This document shows, piece by piece, positions 34,010 through 41,448 of a stretch of 43,534 bases of DNA. The DNA comes from Planctomycetota bacterium (GTDB lineage Bacteria > Planctomycetota > PUPC01 > DSUN01). The stretch covers positions 1 to 43,534 of the forward strand of contig VGYV01000002.1 in assembly GCA_016872855.1 (NCBI GenBank). Direction: 5' to 3'. The notes beneath the pieces are model-generated. The model searched no databases. It had not been told where the DNA came from and saw only the letters and a program-made list of their open reading frames with translations. The translations under genes were made by a program, and so were the position numbers. Numbering within the stretch: the stretch's first letter is position 1; each line of letters begins with the position of its first letter.

Positions 34010-35246
34010 CGCTGTCTCCTCTCCGGTATTCCTCGGCGGCCTCCCCCGCGATCACCTTGTAGCGGAGATGTCCAAGGGCGCACAGGTACTCGGAGCAGAC
34101 ATCCTCCGCGCCGTTCTCCAGAGCGAAGTACGCAGGACAGTATCCACAAAACACCCGCTTGGCGCAAGCGCCGCAGGCGGATTCTGCTCTGGCCCTCTTC
34201 TCGAGGACCTGCGGGATCACCGTGTCCCATCCTGTGCGGAAGCTGTGTTCCAGGAGGCTGCACGAGGGCTCGGAGGTCATGAGGCAGGGGCTCAGACGGC
34301 CGACGGCGTCCACATGGAAGCCGGTGAGGCCTGCGGCGCACTGGTAGAGCGCCTGTGTGGGAGCGATGGCGCCCTGCCTGCGGACGAAGTCGCGCCACTT
34401 CTGAACCGTCCCCTCGTCCGCCAACTCCCTCGCCACGGCCTCGCGGGCCGGCACGCGCAGGCGCAGGGGCGTCCTGTCGCCGTCGAAGCGCGGGAAGATG
34501 GCCGCGTCGAAGCGGAACCTCACGCCCATCGCGGCCGCCAGTTGCTGCATGGCAGAGAACTCGTGGCGGTTGAGCGTCATCAGCACGGTCTTCAGGCCCA
34601 CGGGAACCCGCGCGTCGAGCAGCCGCCGCAGGCCGGCCAGGCAGGCCGCGAACGAGCCGCGCACGCCCGTGATCCTCTCGTACGTCGCCCCCGTGGCGCC
34701 ATAGAGAGTGACCTCGACTTGCCGCGGCGGCATATCGGCGAAGAGGGCCGCCGTCTCGTCGGTGACGAGCGTGCCGTTCGTGAAGACCATGACCAGCAGC
34801 CCGTTCTGCCTGGCGTGGCGGTAGATAACCGCAAAGTCCGGCCGCAGCAACGGCTCCCCGCCCGTCATGAGGAGTTCCAGGCAGCCCGCCTCCGTCGCCT
34901 GGTCGAGGATGGCGAGCCACTGAGCCGTGGTGAGCTCCCACGGGGACATTCTGCTTTCCCGCGAAGCGGCCTTCGGCGCCCCCTTTGGGGGCGGAAAGCA
35001 GAATGTCCCCCTGGGCCTGCTTTCGGATTTCCGCCCCGGAGGGGCGGACTCCGGAGTCCGCGTCTCCGACGCGGGCGGAAAGCAGAATGTCCCCCTGGGC
35101 CTCAGATAGCAGTGGACACAGGTCAGGTTGCACCGCTGGGTCAGCTCGACGCTGCCGGACAGGGGGACCCTCTGCTGAGTCGCCTTTTGGTTGAACTCGG
35201 TGAGGAACTCGACGTTGTCGGGCGGTTTGGTCAGCGAGCAGTCCAC
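33945..35246 (-). CDS. Radical SAM / SPASM-domain peptide-modifying enzyme carrying an in-frame repeat-element insertion
   Basis: GTG 35246 lies 2 nt after the PqqD stop. CNLTCVHC (CX3CX2C, 35109-35132). The core resumes at ELTTAQWLAILDQATEAGCLELLMTGGEPLLRPDF...VMVFTNGTL. SPASM motif ...CAAG...CGACAKRVFCGYCPA...C. About 55 extra residues (LRPRGTFCFPPASETRTPESAPPGRKSESRPRGTFCFPPPKGAPKAASRESRMSPW) are encoded by the 34942-35102 repeat. Confidence 0.8.
   Translation of the reverse strand: MDCSLTKPPDNVEFLTEFNQKATQQRVPLSGSVELTQRCNLTCVHCYLRPRGTFCFPPASETRTPESAPPGRKSESRPRGTFCFPPPKGAPKAASRESRMSPWELTTAQWLAILDQATEAGCLELLMTGGEPLLRPDFAVIYRHARQNGLLVMVFTNGTLVTDETAALFADMPPRQVEVTLYGATGATYERITGVRGSFAACLAGLRRLLDARVPVGLKTVLMTLNRHEFSAMQQLAAAMGVRFRFDAAIFPRFDGDRTPLRLRVPAREAVARELADEGTVQKWRDFVRRQGAIAPTQALYQCAAGLTGFHVDAVGRLSPCLMTSEPSCSLLEHSFRTGWDTVIPQVLEKRARAESACGACAKRVFCGYCPAYFALENGAEDVCSEYLCALGHLRYKVIAGEAAEEYRRGDSDELPVPAVAEAALREAQASCH
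34942..35102. repeat. Composite palindromic repeat element inside the rSAM CDS
   Basis: An 18-bp perfect inverted repeat: GGGGACATTCTGCTTTCC (34942-34959) / GGAAAGCAGAATGTCCCC (34993-35010). A 30-nt direct repeat GGGCGGAAAGCAGAATGTCCCCCTGGGCCT at 34989-35018 and 35073-35102 (84-nt period). Between them, a 45-nt module TCCGCCCCGGAGGGGCGGACTCCGGAGTCCGCGTCTCCGACGCGG (35030-35074) is identical to 41001-41045. Confidence 0.85.
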
Positions 35247-35248
35247 GG

Positions 35249-35548
35249 CTATGAAGCTTCCTGGACGAGTTCCGCCGCAAGGAGTTCGGCGATGAACTCC
35301 TGGATGTCGGCCTCCGCTCGGTCCTGTTGCACGGCAAAGGCATCGAGGACGGCATCTCGAATGTCGGCAAGCGTCCGCGTCCCGTCCAACTTCTCCCACA
35401 CGAACGCGGCGACGGGGTTGAGGCAGAAGAGCTTCTGCATGTCGGCGACCCTCCCGCGAATGGGCACGAGAAGGGTCTCGCCCACAATCTGGCGGGTCAC
35501 CACGTCGCCGCGCTTCTTGAGCACCAGGCCCGAGCTTGCATCTGCCAT
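35249..35548 (-). CDS. PqqD-family protein (RiPP recognition element-like)
   Basis: ATG 35548, 16 nt after the upstream stop. MADASSGLVLKKRGDVVTRQIVGETLLVPIRG...KLFCLNPVAAFVWEKLDGTRTLADIRDAVLDAFAVQQDRAEADIQEFIAELLAAELV is the typical PqqD/coenzyme-PQQ-synthesis-D-like pattern (...LN.sa..iW..ldG..t..ei...l...y.v......Dv..fl..L...gli). Confidence 0.8.
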   Translation of the reverse strand: MADASSGLVLKKRGDVVTRQIVGETLLVPIRGRVADMQKLFCLNPVAAFVWEKLDGTRTLADIRDAVLDAFAVQQDRAEADIQEFIAELLAAELVQEAS

Positions 35549-35564
35549 TCGGGCGCCCCCCGGG

Positions 35565-38500
35565 CTATTGCGGCCGCCGCAGGCGCAAGGCGGGGTCACC
35601 CAGGAGCTGGTAGAGGCGCGCGCTCGCTGGGCCAGCCGCAGATGCCTTCAGCACCGCATCGCCCAGAATGGCTTCCTGGCGGCCGAAGACCTGGCGGAAG
35701 AACTCGATGGCGAGGGTCTTGGACTCGTTGTTCTCCGCGAGAGCCGAAGGTCCCCAGAAGGCGATGCCGCCGCCGCCGCTCTTTAGGACGAACGCCTTGC
35801 CAAGGCACTGCACCCCCGGCAGATCGAAGCGCGCGGCCAGGCATGTGAACGCCGTGACCACGGGCATGCGATCCCCGTTGGCCAGCGAGGCGACGTCGGC
35901 TGTCGTCAGGAGGTTGCTGCCGCCGAACTGGGTCGCCGAGCCGTGGCCGATATAGTTCAGGAGGAACGCCCCGTCGTTGAGGTCGGCCAGCAGCATGGCA
36001 CGGGCGATCGCGATGGGGAACTGGGAGAGGTATACCCTATCCACGATGTAGGGCGCGGGCACGAGGCCTGACAGGTCGTCGCTGTCCTGCGGGAACGAGC
36101 CGGCATTGGGGTCGGCCTTGTCCGCCGCCAGGACCACGTGTCCTGTCCACTCTCCGCTGGCGGCCTCATAGGCGGTGATCTTGCTGACGAGGGCCGACAT
36201 CTCGGCCGCGCTCGCGGCTGGGAGCCGTCCGATGGCGAGCCCCGCGGGGGCGAGCTGGGTGTCGGACGCGAAGAGCCCGTAGTCGGTGGCCATCATCAAC
36301 GGCGGCAACAGATTGTCGCCGTAGCCCTGGTAGTTCTTGTAGTCGTATGTCCCGTTCCCGGCCAGCACAGCGTAGCGGGGCGCCGTCTTCCATGTGCCCT
36401 TCGCCAGGGCCAGGAAGGCCTGGATCGCGTGCGGGTTCGCGATCCCGTGGTTGAACTCGTCGTAGATGTCCACGAGGTCTACGGCCATCGTCTTGAAGCG
36501 CTTGGCCTGACGGTACGAGGCGAGGGCCTTCGCGCCATCCATCAGCACGTTCGGCGCGATCACCACGTAGTCCGCCCCGTTGCCGCGCCAGGTGAGGCGC
36601 GAAGGCACATCGGCCACCACGGAGACGGGGGCCTTCACCGCGTCGGGCGTGAGCGCGTAGTAGACGCCCCCAGGCGCCGCGGGCACGCTGGCCAGGAACG
36701 CCCCGTTGATCTCCTCGACCGTGGCCCCGTCGAGCAGTTCGGGGAGCCAGGGGTCGGACACGTCGAAGACGGAGATCGCGCGCTGGCTGAAGCGCCCGAT
36801 CGTCACCACGTCCCGGTCCCCTGTCTTGCACAGCAGGCTGCCGTTGACGGCCAGGTAGAAGCGCCGGTAGGTGAGGTCTAGCGAATCGAGGTAGAAGACG
36901 CTGTAGGGGGCTCCCGTGTCCCCGACGGCCTTGATGGTCACCGTGTTGGCCGCGGTGAGGAGTTGCTGGTCAAAGGGGAGCGTGAGGGTGCAGGCCTGCG
37001 TGCCGTCCCAGCGCCCCTCGCCGATGACCGTGCCGTTGAGGGCCACCACGACGTGGTGGTCGGGGTTGGCCTGGGTGGCCGTGGCGCCCTTGAGACGGAC
37101 GACGAGGGTGGCCGCCCCCGTCGGCGCCGGGTCCGGGGCGGAGACAGCGAATGCCTTGGTCGCAAGACTCGTGCTCTTGGGGGTCACATACACGTAGTCC
37201 CACAGCCAGAAGTCGGCCTCGGGGTCCGAGAAGACCGCGGTGAGGGCGAATCGGTTCACCTCAGCGTGTACCGTGTCGGCGAAAGTCCCGGGGGTGGGGC
37301 CGGCCTGCGCGCCGGAACTTGTCCCCTTGCTCATCAGCAGGCCCCTGGCGGCCTGGAGCCAATAGACGTTCTCGTCGGTGTAGATGCTCTTCATGGGCTG
37401 GCCGTAGAAGAGGATGCCGGCGTCGGCCGGCGCGGGAAGGTAGGGCACGACCTTTCCCTGGCAGGAGAGCAGGAGCCGCCCATTGCGGATGGCGACGCCG
37501 ATGGCGCTCTTCGGGATGCCCAGCAGGGCCGCGATCTCGGGGGCCTCCACGCGGTAGAGCCCGGCCTCCTTCACGGCGATCTTGATGGCCGGCTGTGCGC
37601 CCGAGGGCGCGGGCACCGACTGGGGCGGTGGGGTCGGAACCACGATCAGCTTCGCGGACTTCCCTGCCGCCGCCTTCTCCTTCGCCGCCGCCTGACCAGG
37701 AAGACCCGGCGCTTCGCCGCCCTGCACGCTTCGCGCGCGGCGGCTGAAGCCCTCAGGACCCAGGTCGGTCGCCTTCGCGTCGCGCTGTTCCTGAACTGTG
37801 ACTCGGTATGGCCCGCAGACGAGCTCGGTCCCCCGAGATTCCACCTCGATGAGCTGGTAGGTGTAGGTCTTGCCCGCCTTGGCCGAGGGGTCTGCGAGGC
37901 GGTAGGTGCCGCCCTGCGGGTCAGTGAGGACGCCGGGCACGAGGTGTTCGCTGACCTTCTGGAACTTCCCGCTGGCCTCGTTGAGGCGCAGGAGGTAAAA
38001 GCCCACGGTGCCGTGTTCCGAGGCCGTCTCCCACTCGACCACGGTCCTGCCGCCCTCGCACGTGGCGCGGAAGGCGGAGACGGTCGCCGCCGTGGGGCTG
38101 GCGCCGAACGTTGCCGTGTCGGTGAGCGTCCCGGGAGGATTGCCATCCACGTAGGTCACGGTCAAGATGTCACGGTTGTTCGCCTCGAGGATGCGGTCCG
38201 TGGTGGAGTAGCTGCCATCGTAGAGCTGCGCCTGGAGCAGTGGCCTGGTCTGGAAGACGATGTCCGTCCGCGGGGTCGTGAGCGTCTGGGTCAGCGTGAT
38301 CTGCGTCTGGCTGTTGACGATCTGGACCGTGTACTCGCCCATGTCGGGCCCGCTGAGGATCACGAACTTGTCGCCGGGCAGCACGCCATCGGTCTCGAAC
38401 TTGGCCGAGGCCGACGTCACGACGTTGGAGGATGCCGTCGTCAGATCGTTGTTCGTATTCATGAACACGTGCGAGTACGCGTCGGTCTCGCGCAGGGTCA

Positions 38501-40806
38501 CGTCCTGATAGTCGCCGGTCGGGCTGGAGACTCTGACGGTCCGGGTGTCGCGGACCGCGTCGAATGTGATCCCCGTGCCCGATGCCGCGAGGTTCTGAGT
38601 CAAGGTGATGGAGGTCTCGCTGTTGACGGTCAACACCGTGTACATCCCCGCGTTCGTGCCGCTCAGGATTCTGAACTGGTCGCCTGGCGCCACACCGCTG
38701 GTGATGAACGTGGACGACACCGAGGTCACCACCGCCAAGCCGGCGGTCGTCACCAGATCGGTCCTGGTCGTCCCGTAGTTGCTGTCCGTCACCTTGACGA
38801 AGATATAGTCGCCGTCGCTGTAGGTCGTGACGTCGTAGAGCCCCGTGCCGTTGACGAACGCCACGGTGCCGGCGTTGGGGACGAGGATGTTGGCGACGTC
38901 CGTGACAGTGCCGCCGGGGTAGCCGCTGAGGGGGGGTAGGTGTAGGTGGCCGTGGCGATTCCGCCCACGTATTCCTCGAAGGTGCCATTGTTCGGCGTGG
39001 GCGAGCTGGTGGCAAAGGACGGAAGGGGACTCGTGTTGCGGAACTCGCCCGTGTCAGGGTCGGTTTCCGTCAGGGCGATCGTCGTCGTGCCGTTGCCTTC
39101 CGAGTCGCCACGCGTCCCCGTCACCACAACGTAGATGGTCTGCACGGTATCGGGGTTGGTGTTCGCGGCGGCGTGATTCACCGTCACGTAGATGGGATCG
39201 CTCGCCGGCGTGCCCTCGGTCAGAGTGTAGCTCGTGGCGTCCGTCCCGTCGGCGCGCGTGAACCGGATGATGGGAGTCCCCGGCCCCAGGATCTGCGCCC
39301 AGTCGTCGTAGTTCACGCTGTTCTCGACATAGCGGGTCATGATCCAGTCGCCCGCGTTCACCCTGAATGTCCCGTCGTCAATCCCGCCGCCCAACGAGGA
39401 GGATGTGGGGAGGGGGTCCGCCGCATAGGTCTGGAACGTGATTGTGTCGCCAGTCTGCGGCTTGTTGGGGTTCTTGTTCTCGTAGATGGTGAACGACACG
39501 GCGCCGTTGTTTGAGGTGAACTGCGTGCCGGCGGTCGCGGTGCCCTGGGCGAGGGAGACGGTGCCGGCTACATCCCAGTTCGTGCCGTTGTAGGTCGCGG
39601 TCCAGGTCTCCGCCACCGCCGTGCGATACGTGTAGACCGTCGGGATCCAGCCCCGAGGCGTGGCGGGGTTGGAGACGGGATCGGTGGCGGCGCCCTGGTT
39701 GGAGAAGATGCCGCTGTCCTTGGCCGTCTCGCGGAGGGTGAGGGTCTCCACGTCGCCCGTCAGCGGATCGGTCACTGTGACGGTGATGGTCTCGAAGACA
39801 TTGGAGTCGGTGTTGGCATTCCGCGCCGTGACGAGGACGTACACATAGCCGCCCACATAGTAGTACTGGACGTCCGGCGCAAGAGTCTGGTCGGTGAACC
39901 TGATGGCCGGCGTGGCCAGGGTGATGACGTCGCCGAAGGGGGTATAGCCCATCCAGTCCTTCTGGAGAGGATCGGTGTTGGACGCGCTGGTCGAGTACGC
40001 CAGGCGGATCGGGGTGTCGGGGTAGACGAGTTGGTTCCCGAAGTTGTCCTTGAGTGCCGTCAAGGGAATCTGGAAGTCCACAAACCACTGCTCCGTGCGG
40101 TCGGCGATGTTCACCGCCAGGGTGTGGGAGAGGTTGCCTGCGTCCTCGATGCTCATGGTCGTCCAGCGGTTGATCTCACTCCCCTCGGGGTCCAGCATCT
40201 CCTGCGTGTTGTCGTTGTTGTACATCAGCTTCAGGGCGTTCACGTTCGTGCCGTCCAGGTCGAGCCAGTACTCCTTGTACCCGTCGCCATCGCAGTCAAT
40301 AAGGATATTCCAGTATTCCAGTGACGCGAGACCCAGTAGTCGCCGTTTCCGCCCTGGTCCTTGGGGTTGCCCTGCACGCGCAGGCGGAAGAAGACGTAGT
40401 CGTCGTTCATTGTCGCGGGGTCGTTGGGGTTCCACGCCGTTCCGCCGTTGTAGTAGCCGTACCAGACGGATGGAGCCGGCCCCGGGGCCATCGGGTTCGG
40501 CGAGGCCGAGGCGATGTCAATGCAGTCGGGCTCGACGGCCGCCGGCCCGTGGGTCGGGTCGGCGGAACTCTCGTAGTCCATGACCTTCCTGCCGTCTATC
40601 GTGTAGTAGGTGACATAGGGGTTGTTGAAGAACGTGCTCCAGGGCAGTCGCGTGTCCTTCACGCCGCCATAGAAGAGGGCGGCTGGGAGCAATACGGTGG
40701 CGAGGATGAGCGCGAAGGCGCCGAGCCGGAGGAGCGACCTGCGCCGGGCGCACCCCCTCCGCGCCCCAGTGCGATGCGACGCATGGTGCAAGCGCAACGA
40801 CCCCAT
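35565..40806 (-). pseudogene. Second giant secreted protein with a C-terminal C25 (gingipain-type) peptidase domain, split into three ORFs by two frame disruptions
   Basis: ORFs 40240..40875, 38789..40435 and 35565..38864 overlap and read as one protein once (i) one copy of the 8-bp tandem duplication ATTCCAGT/ATTCCAGT (40307-40322) is removed and (ii) one nucleotide is added to the 7-nt G run (38930-38936). N-terminal signal anchor (ATG 40806: MGSLRL...RRSLLRLGAFALILATVLLPAALF). C-terminal ...VDIYDEFNHGIANPHAIQAFL...AVLAGNGTYDYKNY...LNYIGHGS...PVVTAFTCLAARFD is paralogous to 17705..23212. Confidence 0.7.
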
Positions 40807-40884
40807 GTCAAAGTCCTTTCGTGGAGTTGCCGGCAGGGCTCTCTCTCGCCCTCTCCCCGCGAGGCTGGCACGCACCTATGACCC

Positions 40885-40913
40885 CGTATAAGGGGGTCAA
40901 GGGGCCTTGTCAA
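40885..40913 (-). promoter_or_regulatory. Sigma70-like promoter upstream of the disrupted C25 gene
   Basis: Minus strand: GAAGAAAAAGC-TTGACA (40913-40908), a 17-nt spacer, then TATACG (40890-40885). ATG 40806 lies about 70 nt downstream of the predicted transcription start. Confidence 0.45.
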
Positions 40914-40966
40914 GCTTTTTCTTCCGGGATTGCCTGACCCGAGGTGGGGGAATCCCCTACGGCAAC

Positions 40967-41111
40967 GGGGGGCCCACAGCCCCCCCGTGGGAGATTGGAT
41001 TCCGCCCCGGAGGGGCGGACTCCGGAGTCCGCGTCTCCGACGCGGAATGATTTCCGCCCCGGAGGGGCGGACTCCGGGGGGCCCACAGCCCCCACCCCCG
41101 TGGGAGATTGG
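40967..41111. repeat. Composite intergenic repeat cluster (modules X-B-B'-X)
   Basis: Module X, GGGGGGCCCACAGCCCCC(N)CCGTGGGAGATTGG, at 40967-40998 and 41076-41111. Module B, (GA)TTCCGCCCCGGAGGGGCGGACTCCGG..., at about 40999-41045 (45 nt identical to 35030-35074), with a partial second copy at 41049-41077. Each module is internally palindromic (TCCGCCCCGGAGGGGCGGA, CGGACTCCGGAGTCCG, CGCGTCTCCGACGCG). Confidence 0.8.
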
Positions 41112-41358
41112 GAAGGGCCGTCGCCCCACGCGAGGAAACGGGGGTTTGGCGGGGCAAGCCCCTCCGGGGCGGCCCCCAAACGGCGGACGGCTGGCGAGGT
41201 GGGGGGAAATGGCGTGGAGCAGGACGAGGGGTGCGTGGCGTTCAGCCCAACGAGGGCGGCCGCGGAGGCGGCACGGGCACCGGCAGCGCCGGAAGAGAAC
41301 CCGCGAGAGAGCCAGCGGCCATCTGAAGCTTCTCGTCCTGCTCCTTGCCTTGAGGTCT

Positions 41359-41386
41359 CCGAGGCCGCGCGGCGGCGCGGCCTCGG
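41359..41386 (-). terminator. GC-rich hairpin downstream of the C1-peptidase gene
   Basis: CCGAGGCCGCGC (41359-41370) / GCGCGGCCTCGG (41375-41386), a perfect 12-bp stem with a 4-nt loop. No clear U-tract. Confidence 0.35.
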
Positions 41387-41406
41387 GCGACTGCCGATGT
41401 CTGCTC

Positions 41407-41439
41407 GGGCAGAAAAGGAGAATGTCCCCTTTTCTGCCC
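41407..41439. repeat. Short member of the GGGGACATTC palindromic-repeat family, positioned like a terminator hairpin
   Basis: GGGCAGAAAAGG-AGAATGTCC-CCTTTTCTGCCC, a 12-bp perfect stem 10 nt downstream of the minus-strand stop at 41449. Its sequence matches the right end of the 24651-24737 element (AGAAGGAGAATGTCCCCTTTTCTGCCC). Confidence 0.7.
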
Positions 41440-41448
41440 CAGGCGACG

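Noticed and set aside
34989-35102. 30-nt direct repeat with a 54-nt spacer, considered as a mini CRISPR array
   Set aside because: Only two copies, located inside a CDS. The repeat is part of a larger palindromic element family, and no cas genes are present in the window.
36963-38939. 658-aa plus-strand ORF opposite the C25 paralog
   Set aside because: Shadow ORF. The minus-strand frames align with the paralog at 17705..23212.
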